A stretch of 64,000 nt of DNA from Seison nebaliae (Eukaryota). A model generated the notes under the pieces. That model worked only from the letters and a program-made list of their open reading frames with translations. It was not told the DNA's origin and did no database searches. Each line of letters starts with the position of its first letter. Position 1 is the first letter of the stretch. The position numbers were made by a program, and so were the translations under genes. Below are positions 39,720 to 53,722 of the stretch, piece by piece. The DNA is taken from the NCBI GenBank assembly GCA_023231475.1, contig JALJEE010000715.1, positions 62,001-126,000 on the forward strand, given 5' to 3'.

Positions 39720-39775
39720 ATTCAAATATCTTTTTTACTTCCGAAATAAAATTCTCTTTTTATCTTAAAACTTAA

Positions 39776-42700
39776 TTATAAAATTATAGTACCACCATTA
39801 CCTGTCACATGTTTCTCGTGCAATCTTCTATCGATCAATAAATTATATTCATTGTCAAATGTCCTCTTATGGAAACGTTTCAAATCATAAACGATTCTCC
39901 ATCTAAAAACAGGAATAAATTTAAATTAAAAAAATCTAAATAATTGAAAAAAAAAACTTTTTGTTTCGTTCACTTTGACCAAATAATCCTTTCAAATTCC
40001 TCTCCAAGAAAACGATTCCTCTTCTCGTTAAACATTTCTTGTATTTCTGCAGAAATAATTCGAGAAGTTTCGACGAGTCTAACGGTTGTTTCTTCCGATT
40101 TATATGCCAACGGAATGTTTGACAAATGTCCTTAATGGAATTTTGGAATAATTTGAGTTTATGTTCGTCGTTAATTTGGAGAGACGAACGAAGGAAGAAT
40201 TGACGATAAAGAAATTTCAAAATTCTTCGAATATAAAAATCGATCGATTCTTCCCAAACATATTTCGAGAAATGTTCCTTCAATCCACCATCTAAATTTA
40301 ATGGACAATTCAATTCTAATGATAATCGTCGTCGTTTTACCAGAATCCGATTGTGGAAAATACCATTCAATCGACAGAAAGGAATTGTATCACAAAGGAA
40401 TTTAATGAAAATTTTCGTGGAGATTAAACCTTTTCGAAGAGTTCCAATCAAAAAATATAATTGTTTTATTGACGATAATAGAAGAATATCATCATGATTG
40501 ACGATGGATTGTTGAAGGAATTTGACGGAAAATAAAAATAGTTTCAATTGATAAATTGGAAGAGAATCGATGAAATTTATTGATTTTTCTTTCGAGATTT
40601 TCCTTTGAATTCTCTTCTTTTTACAATTTCTTTTAATTTTTAAATTTAATTCCACCGTCGGAACTTTCTTCACGTAACAATCAAAATGGAATTTATTTCT
40701 CGTTTTCCTTTTCCCTCCTTCCAAATCTTCGACGATAATCGTCGTATCTGAATCGAAATTTATTCCATCATTTTGTGGAATTGAGAGAATGACTTCTGAT
40801 TCTTTCTCTTTCGTCTTTAAAAATTGTTCGATTTGAAATTTCTTATAATGTTCGTCTAATGTTCGTCTTCCTCTCTTCTTCTTCAATCTTTTCAATTCGT
40901 TCTTCATCTTCTTCTCATTTGGTAATTTGATGTTATGGAGTAAAGTCGTCGTCTTTTCATTCTCTTTTGTTGATTTTTTAATATTTTTAAATGTTTCTGT
41001 CAAATTTTTGACAGCATTCTCCTTCTCTTGCACTAGACAATTGGCAAGTTCCTCTTCTTCTTTTTTTCCTCCATTCTCTGTTTTTTCTATTTTTTTCATT
41101 TCCGTTAAAATTTCCTTATTTTTTTTCAATTTTTCAATTTTCCGTTCTGCAGGTTTTTCCATCATCGTCAGATCCGTAACATATTTATCTGATATTTTCA
41201 ATTTATTAATATCATTCCAATTCATTTGCAATTGATTATATGAACATTTCTTCCGAACGATATTGACGAATTGATCGACGAAATTATGAAACATCAATTT
41301 CAATTGATAATGAGCAATATCGGCAGATCGATGAACTTTAGGAGAATATTGGACGATCCGTAACCAATCACAATCATTGATGAAGAAATTGGAAATGCTT
41401 TTCAAATCTTCTAAATATTCTTCACTTTCATTCTCTGAGGAAATGATATATGGTTTATATAGTTCGATGAATTCCTTCAATTTCGTCAATGAATCCACCG
41501 TTTCATTTTTCCAATATCGTTCGTCCTGATAATAAAGTCGAAGGAATTTCCGTTTAATGATTATCGGTAATTGGACGTTATCACGGAAAAATAATTCTTT
41601 TATTTTCTTCTCCTTCTTTTCATTTGGATGAGATTTTTTATCGAGGAGAAATCTCAATCGATTACCAGCCGCTTTCTGATGACGATATGGAAGAAGATTT
41701 CGTTCGAAATGTTCCAATATCATTCGATCTGACATATCATATTTTTTACATTGATCATATGTAGAGAGAAGAAGTTGATCTTCAAATTTGTTATAAGTTT
41801 TCGAATAAACTGGATATTGACGTTTGTACGTCCAATGAAGATAACTGTATTTGGGCAATAATGAGATGTGACTGAAAATGATGGAATGAGAGAAGAATAA
41901 TCGTAATAATGGTGATAAAGGAAATCCGATAGTTCGACCTTCTTTCTTACATGAATACAAATCATCTTTCATTAATCGAATTCCACATTTCTCATAAAAT
42001 TTAACATAATTCTCTAGAATCTCATCAGACACTTCATTGATCAATTCGTCTTGTGATGGTTTCGTCAATTCTAAAATGATTCGATCATCATTCCGACAAA
42101 TGTGTGAACGATGAAGAAAAATATCTAAATGGATGGATTGTCTTAAAGAATTGATATCGGAGAAGAATAATACTTCTGCCATTTTGAAACATGTTAATTT
42201 ATCAGATAATGATGATTGAGAAATCAATTTATTCATCTCGTAAAACATCGATCTCAATTCCATATTAAATTCATCATTCAAACTAGTACAATCTTTTATT
42301 TGATCCGGTTGATTCTCACAAGTTAAACGTCTGAAAAACGATAAGGAAATTTGATCATCAGATGATAAATTGTTGATTTTCTGAAGATTTTTTATTATCG
42401 ATGATGTCGATACCATCGTCGATGGAATCGTGAATGATAATAAATATGTTTGAGTCAACAATTGAACATATTGTTTCATCTGCTTAATAAGAGTTTGGAG
42501 ATGTTTCTCGTTGAATTGGATGGGGAAAGTTTTGGGATGAATTGAACGATCAATTCGATTGCGATTTTTCTTCGCTAAATTATCGACAGGAATCGAAAAA
42601 GAAATATTTTGTCCTTTCTTTATCTTCTTCTTCTCAGTATCTTCATCGTCTTCTTCCGAATCATTTGGAGGATTCAAACACAACGATTTAAGTGGAGTGG

Positions 42701-43930
42701 AGAATTTCTTATCATTATTCATCATATCATGCCAATCATCATACAAATTTTTGATTTCTTTTTTCGAAATTTTCGCCGAATTATTAAAACGACGTTCATC
42801 TTCGTCATCATCCAAATCGATACCAAATTCTCCAATTTTCGTTTCTTCATCATTATTGTCATCGTCGTCGATATCGTTCGGTTTGAAATGTTTGAATGGA
42901 TTATCTTCTGGTAATAGATCGCCAGATGATGGTATTTGAAAATCACCGGGCAAATAATCAGTATCAAAAAATTCTTCTCGTAAGAAATTCGTATTCAAAT
43001 CACATTGTTCATTGTCATTAATAGTGGTTGATGGTTCGAATGAATTCTCTTCCGTTTGACAATATGTGTCGTTGAGAAAGGTCAAATAATCTCGATCATC
43101 ATTATCATGAAATAAATTGTTGTTGTTGTTATGGTCGTCATTGAGTTGAGGAAAATTGAATTGATTATTTTCATCGAAATTAAATAAATTGAAATTCTCA
43201 TTTGTCATTAATGACGATTGTTGATTTGGAGTGAATGTCAAATCGAAATCTTTCAATTGATTACCATATAAATTATATGGAGTTATCGTACTCTCGAAAT
43301 CCACAGGATTCTCATACAATTGTGATTCTAATTCAAAAATGGATTTACCTTTCAATTCGATATTCGCTCTCGTCTCATATTGATGTAATTGATTTTCTCT
43401 CTTTTCTTCACTCTCCTCATCTTCTCCTTCTGTTGTTGTTGTTGTTGTTGTTTCTTCACTTGTTACCGATAAATTATCATCAGTTGATGGAATATATGAT
43501 TCATCATCATCATCTTCTTCATCGGTAACTGAATTGAAATTCTTTCGTCGTTTCATCCGATTCTTTGTCATCATCTGTACTTCTTTACATCGTTTCCTGG
43601 TGACGGGACCGAGGAAATGGTGAAATTTTCCACTTTCATTATCGTTATTTGTTTCGATTAATCGTGAACACATTCCATCTAATTCTTGAAGAAATTTATT
43701 CTTTTCTAAATTCTCTTCCAATTTCTTCTTCTCTTCCTCAAACGGTTCTCCATTCACATATTTCAAATAATCAACGGTCAATTCATTCTTGAGAATGGTC
43801 TGTTAAAACAGAAAAAAATTAAAAATTTCAATAAAAAAAAATGTTTAACGGAAATTATTTTCTTTGTTTGTTTGGAGGTCAAATTAAATTTTTTTGCTTT
43901 CTCTTCTATTAGATTCGTCACTTCTTCCAT
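39776..43930 (-). CDS. GON4L: GON-4-like transcriptional co-regulator; intron 43849-43800, possible last intron 39957-39903 (otherwise stop at 39936)
   Basis: Spliced N-terminus IEEKAKKFNLTSKQTKKIIS|TILKNELTVDYLK, PVTRKRCKE, acidic tracts, QMKQYVQLLTQTYLL and FEDQLLL match conserved GON4L/YY1AP blocks as I recall them. Confidence 0.75.
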
Positions 43931-44040
43931 CGATCAAATATTTCATTAATCTAAAAATGAAGGAATTCTGAAGGAAGAAAAATGAAATTTATAAAATTTT
44001 ATTCATAATTTTTTTTATTCTCAAATTCAATCGAGATTTA

Positions 44041-44394
44041 CTATCGTTGTTTCCGTTCACTCTTCAATAGAGTCTTCTCAACAATTCCTTGTAAATTAGT
44101 GACAGTTGAGATCAATTCACTAATCGCATCGTTGAATGCGTCGACTGGTTTGTAATGTTCATCTTTCGTCTGAATTCTCAATTCAAATTTCGTCTCAAGT
44201 GGATGAGGAATTCGAAAACCGGCGAATTTCACTTTGGGATTCTTCAAAATTTGATCTCGCAAAACATTTCCTAAAGTCGCGTCTTCTTTGTTGATGATGA
44301 AAACGGTCGTGTTAGGAATGTTCGTTTCTTGGTGGAGGACCTTCTTCTCTCCTTCCAATAACGTAAAATTCTCGTAGCGGTCTGGCGCGTTCAT
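44041..44394 (-). CDS. POLR2J: RNA polymerase II subunit RPB11, intronless
   Basis: MNAPDRYENFTLLEGEKKV, NKEDATLGN, VKFAGFRIPHPLE, LRIQT. Confidence 0.93.
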   Translation of the reverse strand: MNAPDRYENFTLLEGEKKVLHQETNIPNTTVFIINKEDATLGNVLRDQILKNPKVKFAGFRIPHPLETKFELRIQTKDEHYKPVDAFNDAISELISTVTNLQGIVEKTLLKSERKQR

Positions 44395-45981
44395 AGTCGA
44401 AGAAAAACCGTTAACTTTTCCAGATAATCCTCAAATTCCAGAATAAAGCTCAAAATTTGAATTTGATTTAAATTTTTTTTCTTATTTTTCAATTCAAAAA
44501 TTCTTCTTCTAATTGAATCATGACATTTAATCACTGAACGTCGATTATTCACAAATCATTTCAGTTAGTTATTAATTTCTCAGATTTTACTTTGTCTAAT
44601 TAAATTAGATTCTTTCTAAATTTTAACAAAAATCTCATTCGGATGTGTCATGAAGGAGAGAGGATGAATAGTAATTCTGACTAATTGATTCCATATCAGA
44701 TTTCCCGTTTAGACAAGGAAATTTTGATTATGGAGAACGAACTAACATTTGACAGGCAAATCACAATTGAATCTCCTTTCAAATTCTCAAGTTTTTTTCC
44801 AAATCAATTGTACTGCGAAAGAAAATCAGTAGTATGTCCATGAAGACAGTCTCTCAATCATTCGTCGATTGGGTAAGAAAGTCTCGTTGTGATGGCACGT
44901 CAAAAAAACAATTGCATATCCTTTAGACGGAAAGTTGGACGAAATAGTTTCCTAGAAAATTTTTTATACCATTTTTTTTCTTTTTGAATCTTTTAAGAAA
45001 TTTTTATAGTTGTCTGATGCAGATGTATAGTTGTTTCTTTCGATAATATTATTTCGAATAGATCATAAGAAGAAGTGATTTTGTTATAATAAAATTAATT
45101 GGGAAATTTGTTTAAATGTTTCTTGTTTATGGCAAGAGGGGAGAATGCATTAATAGAATAAGACTTTGTTGTTCGTCAGTCGTATAAACAGATATTAATT
45201 AATGTTCTTTCTTCCTTCGTTTAAAAGAAAGGAGAAATATATTTCTAGTTGAAGTGTTTCGTCGGAGAGAAAACCAATTCGTCTTTCCCGTAGGTAATCA
45301 TCATTCAACTCGTCATTAGAAGTGAAATTGTAAATGGGAATAATAATTAGGAGAAGAAACATTTAATTGAGTAATTGCTACGGAATATTAACAATAAGAC
45401 GCTTATTAACTTTTTTTTATATTCGACCATCATCATCATTATCATCATCAATATTCAACAGACGGAATTCCTTTATTCTCATTATCTGATTTCTTCATCC
45501 AATCTAGTTTAACACTGTATCACCATCATCATTATGCTCATGACTGTCATGTTTCTCCTCTCTTTTTTTTTTGCTCATCATCCAGTTATCCTTCACTCTC
45601 GATCTTTCTCGACGAACGAGATAATTATAACGAAAATAACATGAATGTATGAAAAGAATCGTAGTGTTAGAGAATGATATAATATCAAGATTCTCCACTT
45701 CGTTTCCTTCTACTCGTCAATAATTATCACACATTCTCCTGCCAATGGGTATTAGTACTTTGAAGAATTGCTGTGCTGCCAGCACTTGATAAATTGATGA
45801 CAATCATTTGACAAGTTTCCTAATCGAAAAAGAAATTCTTTCGTTCAACGAAGGTCATTTTTCCAGAAGGCTACGAATGTTTGTGAATAGAGCTTATTAA
45901 TTTAGGGAGAAAGATTCAACAATAAATATTGGAGTATATCAAGCGATTTCTTCCTTTCTTTCTGCATATTGCTCATTAGCA

Positions 45982-46000
45982 ACACACACACACACACACA
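45982..46000. repeat. (AC)n microsatellite
   Basis: Run of ac dinucleotides read directly. Confidence 0.8.
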
Positions 46001-48839
46001 ATTCATACATATGATGACGTTCCTCCTAATAACTTTCTTCCACTGGACATTCGTCTCATCTAGAAATCACTAAACTAAATAAATTTCCGCATAATGAAAT
46101 TGAGATTTAATTTTGAAAAATAAATAATTTATGATTCCTCCTCCCACCAATCTCCTTCCAAGGATATTCTTCTCATAACACTCAATTTGTTCGTTCTCGT
46201 CCACAAACTTCCTTCACTTTCCATCGTTTTGATTGATGAAAAGATTTTATAAAATTTCATCTTTCCAGTCGCTACTTCCCGAAAATGTTGGGAAATTTTC
46301 AGTTTTATTATTCCCATACCGTCAATACTCATGTTACATCAAAACCACATTATTGGGAAGACCTGTGTGATTCATAACGTCGCATTTTTGTTTGTTATAA
46401 ACAATAATAGGAGGGAAATTTAGCGGAAGAAGGAAATTGGTGGCAGTTATACATATCTCAATGTGTTCCCAATTTCGTTCGTCTAATTGACTTGGAACGA
46501 ACAACAACAACAACATCAACGAGCCCACTCGAACAAAAGAGAATAATTTTAGGAAGATGGAAAAGAAACTAAAAAATTTTATTTATAAGAATATATACTA
46601 TTATTCATCATCGAATTTCCAGACTGATTAACGAATAAGAGAATTTTATGTTTGTTATTTATTGGCATGTTTTATTTACAAATACTGAGTCTTATTAATA
46701 GCGAGTGAAACTTAATCAATTATTGCTTAACGAATGATTAAACTCGAATTGTCGACCTTCACTCCCCTCAAATATTTCCGTAAGATTATTCGTAAAAGGA
46801 AAAAACCATCAACTCTATCAATACCGTCGTCGAATGAGGAAATTTATTTATTTATAAATATCTCCCAGTCCTGGTGGATGTTAATTGGAAATGTTTGTAC
46901 AAATATTTGATATCTCATCGAAACATCACCGAAACTTTCGGTCTATATCTCAATCAATCTATGTTGAAGAAAATGATCGAAAGTTACATCGAATTCTTCG
47001 AATTGAGAGCAGTTCAATTGACATTTGAGCATTCGTTTCGCTCACTTTTCCCGTCTAATAAATTTTAGTTAGAACAAATGGTCATTATATTCTTGTTGAG
47101 ATGAATTGCGTAGTGAATGTTGTTGGCAAGTTACGCCGATCGGTCGCCAACCAGAATGTTATTTTTGAATTAGATATTTATAAGTGATCGATACCGATAT
47201 TTTATTTTCATTATTCCTTTTCAAAATATCGATGTGTATGGAAGAGAATTGTACAATTTTATTAAATTGCACTTTGACTGCTCTCGTTCTGTTTTATATT
47301 TCCGACATCGTATCTTAGATGTGACATGAAATCCTGAGCATTCACATATAAGAAACCGGTAGTAATGCGTCATTTAGTGAAATTCATTCATTCATTCGTC
47401 TATTTGTAGATGGTGCATGGGAGGGTATTATACTGAAAAAAAATCGATTCATTCAATCGTCCCTCAACACAATTTACCTCCTTTATTTATAAGACGAATT
47501 TTATATTTAATTCATAAAAAAATATGATCCAGTTGTCACAATTATGAAGAAAGAAACGAATGATTCTCACGAGAGAATAACTTCCTTCAAACTTATTCAC
47601 CATTCATCCATCCTTTCTTACACAACTGGAATATTTGTCTTAAAAATTAGAAAGTAAAATTCGTCCAAAGAATTCCCGAAATAAAAGTGCAACGAAAATG
47701 GAAGACGGTAAATGATGATAGACTAATGTTGTGTCATTGAAATAGATTTAGTTTACATTAATCGTAAATGTCTTCCATTCTCCGTCTATAAATAAATCAT
47801 AGTTGATGGGAGAAATATTATCCAAATATTTGATATTAATAACATCATCATGGATAGTAACCGTCTTATGTTTTCGTTTTATGATGGAATAGGAATTCCC
47901 TAAAATTTTTATAGGAAAATACGTTGAAATTATGCCAATTTATCTCAATCGCCCAAAGAGAAAATATGAACGAGAAGGAAACTTCTTTGGCTTTCACCTA
48001 CTTCATTGGGTGTTCCTTTCCTCTTCTTCTTCTTCTTCCCCTCCCAATTTACAAGTCCATCATCCAATTTTATGTTTGATAATAATTCATATTTTAATAG
48101 GCTCTCCTCCATCTCCCGTCAGAGTCGAAATAAGAGAGAAAAGATAAGAAGGATGAATGGATCAACTTATAATTAATATCCACAATTTGGATGTTAAGTC
48201 GATTTAGTTGAAGGAAATTGACACAATGATGAAAATGAAACGAAATTCGAATAGAGTAAGGTAAAGAAAATGTCTCTCAATCATGTTAACTGTTCGGTGG
48301 GACTGACAACAATTCATCATAAAAAGAAATCCATATGTAAATGCTTCCACGCTTATGCCCGTCAATAACAAGAGGTTCATCATCATCATCATCATCATCA
48401 TTTGGCGAAAGTTTCGGAGCTACATCATATCTGACTCATCGCAATCTATTAGCAAATAAAGAAGAATTTCTTTTACATAAAATTATCGTGAGAAGGAGAG
48501 GTTGTTCCACTTCACTCATTTATCAGGAATATCACGGAAAGAGGTGGATGATATAGTACAACAATATTCCTCCTACGAAATGTTACCTTCTTTCTTCATG
48601 TTCGATCCATCGACATAATCATTTATACATCATTCTTCATTTATTGTTCAATGATTATCGACCTCATCATACAGAAAATATGTGATGTTCCCACCAAATC
48701 ACAACCATCAATCAATTCCATAACACTAACTAATATTTCCATTCTCCTTCTTCACCCAAATCATTTCTCCTTCGTAGAATTTCCTTTCTCACCATCAATT
48801 AATTCGAGTAGAATGTTCGACTTCATTTAACGAGTAGTC

Positions 48840-51797
48840 ATGTTGTACAATATTCAATTTCTTCGACCTCTATTCCAATCATCATCATCATCATCGAACG
48901 ACGATCTCAATTATTATATTCGTCTCATTTCCAACGATCTAATTCACGACGATCAATATGTGTGCGAAAATCAACATTCGAATAAATTGGAATTGAAGAG
49001 ACAATTGAAATGGCTCTCCGCCAACTCCCAACCAACGCCATTCCAGGAGAAACGATCATATCATCGATTTCAATTCATTGCCATGAGACAATATATTTAC
49101 AATAATCCGACCGAAAAAAAAATTCATGAAATTCTTAATAAAGTTTTTTTTTCATTTTTCATCTTTCTAAAATTTTTCGAATTTATTTTCCTTTTCAAAT
49201 CTCATTAGAATCGAGAAGTTGTTATACGAATTAATGAAAATCCAAATTCATCCAAAATATCATCAACCGTCGGAATTAGTATTAAGGGAGGAATGGAATT
49301 TAGTTTACCGATAATCATCTCTCGAATACGCTCCAGTATTCAGGCAGAGAATGACATTTATATCGGCGATGAAATCATCGAAATTAACGGGAAGAGATTG
49401 AGGAAGGCGATGCATTTCGATGTTCATTCAGCTTTAAGGAAACATATTGATGAAAGAATAAAAGAAGGTCGAAATGAAATCTCTCTCACTCTTCGATATT
49501 CCAATACTTCAATGTTGTTAGCGAACGATATTCGACATCTACTAGTGAATGGAGTGAAGAATGAGGAGATCGTCATCGATACTCAATCGAATACATTGAA
49601 ACAATTCATTTATTGGGAGTCGGTAGAAAAGTTGTCTTTTCAACATTTCCATTTCAGTCGAGTCTCATCATCAGATGGTAATACGATTTCCATTAATCAT
49701 TTGAAACCATCAATTCCCAATATGAATAATCCGAAAAATCGGAATCATATCAAATTCGAATTATTCTCATCTACTTATCCACTTTTTCATCGAATCTTCA
49801 ACTTCTCTTCAAATTCACCATTTCTCAATTGTATCATCAAACCGATCGATTATCCGACATCTAGTCTCCTCATGAATCTACAGCGAACGATCGATAATTC
49901 GAAAAAGGATTTTATTCAGAAAGAAAATGAAAAATTATTTATCGATCAGCAAATCCATTTTCTTACTTGGATTCAATTATTTCCCGATATCGATAATTGT
50001 TCTCTTATGAAAAATTCGAAAAATCGAACAAATATCGAAAATCGGAATGATGTTCATAATAATAATAAAAATCACTCGTCAACAACAACAACAACAACTT
50101 CAACAACAACATCCGTCTTACAGAATGAAATAACGGAATCAGATCTCGGTTATGATTCGATGAAAGACAATACGGCAATCTCATCCTCTCCATCCATCAA
50201 GAGTAACACGTCGCCGTTGAATATGTCGGGAGGAAATGATAATTTTACTGATAAGGAACATGAAAAACATAAGATAAGTTTTCCTTCATATAAATTCGAT
50301 ATTAGAATTGAGAAGAAACAGAAACGAACTAATTTCTCCGAGAGATTTCTTTATCAGAATTTACGATCGACCAAATTCCATTTAAGCTCAACATTCCGTT
50401 CCGTTAACATGAAATATTTGTCAGACGTCGATGATTCGACGAGTGGAACATACCAGAATAAACTGAGTGTTCCAATCGATGGGAAATTGAAGAAACCATC
50501 GAACATCTTCCTCTTGGCCATTAAAGGTTTCGAGTTGTTTCTATTTCATGAGAATTCCACTCCCAACAATACATCCGAATGGCTTTTATCGTCTTTTACG
50601 AAAATGTCTCTCTTAACATCCACCATCTCCGTCATCGACAGTGAAACGAATGGAAAGATGATACATCTACAAAGTTTAGATAATGAAATTTATTTCAATT
50701 TCAGTAATTTCCATTTCGATGTTGAACATTTCATGAAAGACTTCCTTCGACATTATTTCCATATAACGGAATTATCCATTTGTAATGTCCATCATTTGAA
50801 TTATGGTTGTTACATTAAGGAAATGGAAAATGATGAAATGATCATTTGTGAGAGGTCAAATGTCAACGGGAAGTTTAGTCGATTCAAAAAGAATTTAAAT
50901 AAGAAACTACATCAGAGAAAGACATGTGCCGTCGAAGATTCGAATGATTACCGGAAATTTATTTCTCATTCTAATTATTCTCAATTCAATTACATGTCCG
51001 GAACCCTTAGTGACAGTGTTCGAAAAATACAACATGACGTAATGGCTCAATCAACGATCATACCGAATGTTCGATATCAAAACATCACCTTATGTCGATG
51101 GCAAATTAGTTTCCGGAACGGTCTCCAATTCTTCACGAATACGCCGAATTCGTTGAGGAAATCGTCGTCGTTTAGAAAGATTCTTTCGATTAAATGGAAT
51201 GAATTCCGTTGTTTGAAACGAAAGGAACCGAACGAAATGTTCATCGATTATGAGAAGAAATCGTTGTACGATAATCAATTGACGGACATTCAAACGGTAC
51301 ATCTTATTATTGATGAGAATTTGTTAAAAGAAACGGAAACTTTAATAAATAATATTCAACTTATTCGATTACTTTTCATTTATACCGATATCTCCACCTT
51401 CATTTACGAAGACAAATTAACAATCAACGACATTTATACTTTGTCATTCTCTTATGAAAATAAAGGAAAATATTCGAAAAATAATTCCATCAAATCAAAC
51501 AATCCATCCGACCCTCTATCCACCAGTTGTCATCAACGACCATTAATCACATCCAACAGTCTTCATTCGTATCAATTGGAGGACATTTCATCACTTCATT
51601 CAAATAGTTTAATGAAGACGTCTTGTACTCAACGACCACTCATCACATCGTCATCAAACGCTTCTCCCATTCGTCTATTGGACAAGGAGAGATTGGACGG
51701 AATGAGATTACGTCGAACGGATCGAATTTATCAAAATCGTTTTAATACAACTAATGTCATTCTTCCTTCATGTACAGAACCAGTGATGAACAATTAA
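48840..51797 (+). CDS. Syntrophin-like PDZ/PH scaffold (gamma-syntrophin-like), divergent; intron 49143-49208
   Basis: PDZ VGISIKGGMEFSLPIIISRI..IYIGDEIIEING..HFDVHSALR..LTLRY; later FLLAIKGFELFLF..P..SEW resembles the second PH segment of gamma-syntrophins; true start uncertain. Confidence 0.68.
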
Positions 51798-52490
51798 CAT
51801 TCTTTTTTTTTTTTTTTTTTCAAACCAAAAATTTCCCCAACTCTTTTTTTTTTAATTTTCCAATAAATGAATATATATATATATATATAAGTGTATATGT
51901 GTGCATCAACAGTTTCAAATAATATTTCATATTTCAAATGATATTGTGCATTATCTGTAATATATTTCGTATGGAATTTCGGGAGGTAAACTGAAAGAAT
52001 AAAATTTCTGGCGATTCGTAGAAAGAAAAGAGATAGGAAAAAAATTATCAGACAATTGAAAGTAGATAGATGAGTGGAATTGTCGTGTCTCTAAAATCGA
52101 GCACGAAGAAAAGGAAAAAAGGACCTACAGATAGATATTGCTTCATATACAAATAGTTAATAAATACAGTAGACGTTCGAATAAAGAAAAACATTCATCG
52201 ATTCCGATCGAGTTTTATATACAATTCCCATAAAACTTATATATAAACGAAATGGCGAATTATTCGAGTGAGAATGAATGAGAACTGAAAATAAAATTGA
52301 GTAGAATTGTACTAAAAATAAAGTTTTTCGATTTATCGCAAAAAAATAAAATGTGAAATTTAAATTATCTCCCGAGGAAAAAAAAAGAGGAAATCTGATT
52401 ATCAAAAACAACGATATGGACATCAATTGAAAAATATAAATAAAATTTTTAAATATTTTTCATAAAATATTCACAGAAACTTCTTTTGTT

Positions 52491-53722
52491 TTAGTTCGTT
52501 TGAATTTTCGAGAGAAACAACTTGATTAAAGTAACCATCATTGGCGTCGCTTGAAGTGCCGCATCTTGCACCAGCGAATGAATATCGGGATTATCTGAAT
52601 TAGCCATTTCTACTCCAGATTCCGTTCTCATCACGGACGATCGAACAATTTTATTTTCTTTATTTATTACGATACTTTCGATCGATTCCTGATCACATAC
52701 TTTCGGTGTGTCATGACAAACATTCGTCACTAATGACACCGCCAAAATTCTCATACCCGAATGTGATGCAACGAGTGCTTCATGTGCTACCGACATACCT
52801 ATAAAATAATGAAGAAAGAAATTATCGTTAAGGAGAATTATGTGGGATAAATCAAAACCAGTGACAGTAATTCCCATTTTCCTCATAGCTCGAACTTCGG
52901 CAGGTGTCTCGAATTGTGGACCGATTTGAAAACTGTAAATTCCTGAATGAACTTTCTGTCGATAAGCCGTCTTATTGGCTAATGTGAGAAATAGTTGACG
53001 TAATTCACAATCGTACAAATCGTCTGTTCCAAAGAAACGTTTATCAGCTCCCAAATGTTTTCCTCCCAATTGTGAACGATCTTCATTACTAATTTCCAAC
53101 ATTCCATTTTTTCCTGCCAGACATGGAATTGCCATATGATCCTCAATCACCACAATATCACCTTGTCGTACTTCTGGTGCTATTCCGCCTGTGGCATTAG
53201 TGAGAATGAGTATTTGTGCTCCCAATAATGAAACGACACGAATCGGAATTGTTATATCGGCGATGGAATATCCTTCATATGGATGAATTCTTCCTTGGAA
53301 ACAACACACCACATGACCCTCCAACATTCCAATCACTAAATTACCATCATGTCCTGGAACTATTAAAATTATTTTTTTAAAATTTTAAATAAATTTATTA
53401 ATTAAATTAATTAATTAAATTAAGATATTAAAATAGACCGCTAGTTTGGGGGAAGAAGGGAATTGTAGAATATGGTAATTTTACAGGTTTCTCCACATCA
53501 TTAGCCAACGTTCCCAAACCACTACCACATTGTATGGCGAAAACTGGATGAGCAAATTCTTTCGGTATTTTCTCCAAAATATACTGCGTCGCTCTCCTCA
53601 CTTTCTCATATAATCTTCAAAAATGAGAATATGATTTGATGAATTTGAATGAAAATTTCAAACTTTATGTCGCCCTGTTGGTCGTTGGACAAGTCCTCAA
53701 TAACAAATGATTTGTTTGTCAT
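52491..53722 (-). CDS. PNP: Purine nucleoside phosphorylase, paralog B; introns 53663-53614, 53438-53360, 52858-52799
   Basis: IQCGSGLG, IPFFPQTS|VPGHDG, QGRIHPYEG, LILTNATGG, GPQFETPAE, G|MSVAHE, SLVTN. Confidence 0.92.

Noticed and set aside
44834..44878. ATG-initiated mini-exon MSMKTVSQSFVDW followed by gtaaga as a first syntrophin exon
   Set aside because: Phase 0 does not join the candidate acceptors before 48840 in frame; may be UTR or chance
48294..48304. TCGGTGGGACT, matching the 5' half of miR-278 as I recall it
   Set aside because: The 3' half differs and no convincing complementary arm lies upstream
45504..48556. Short ORFs in the 4.4-kb gap between RPB11 and the syntrophin-like gene
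   Set aside because: Low-complexity or microsatellite-derived, with no motifs or consistent splice chain; more likely regulatory or 5' UTR intron sequence
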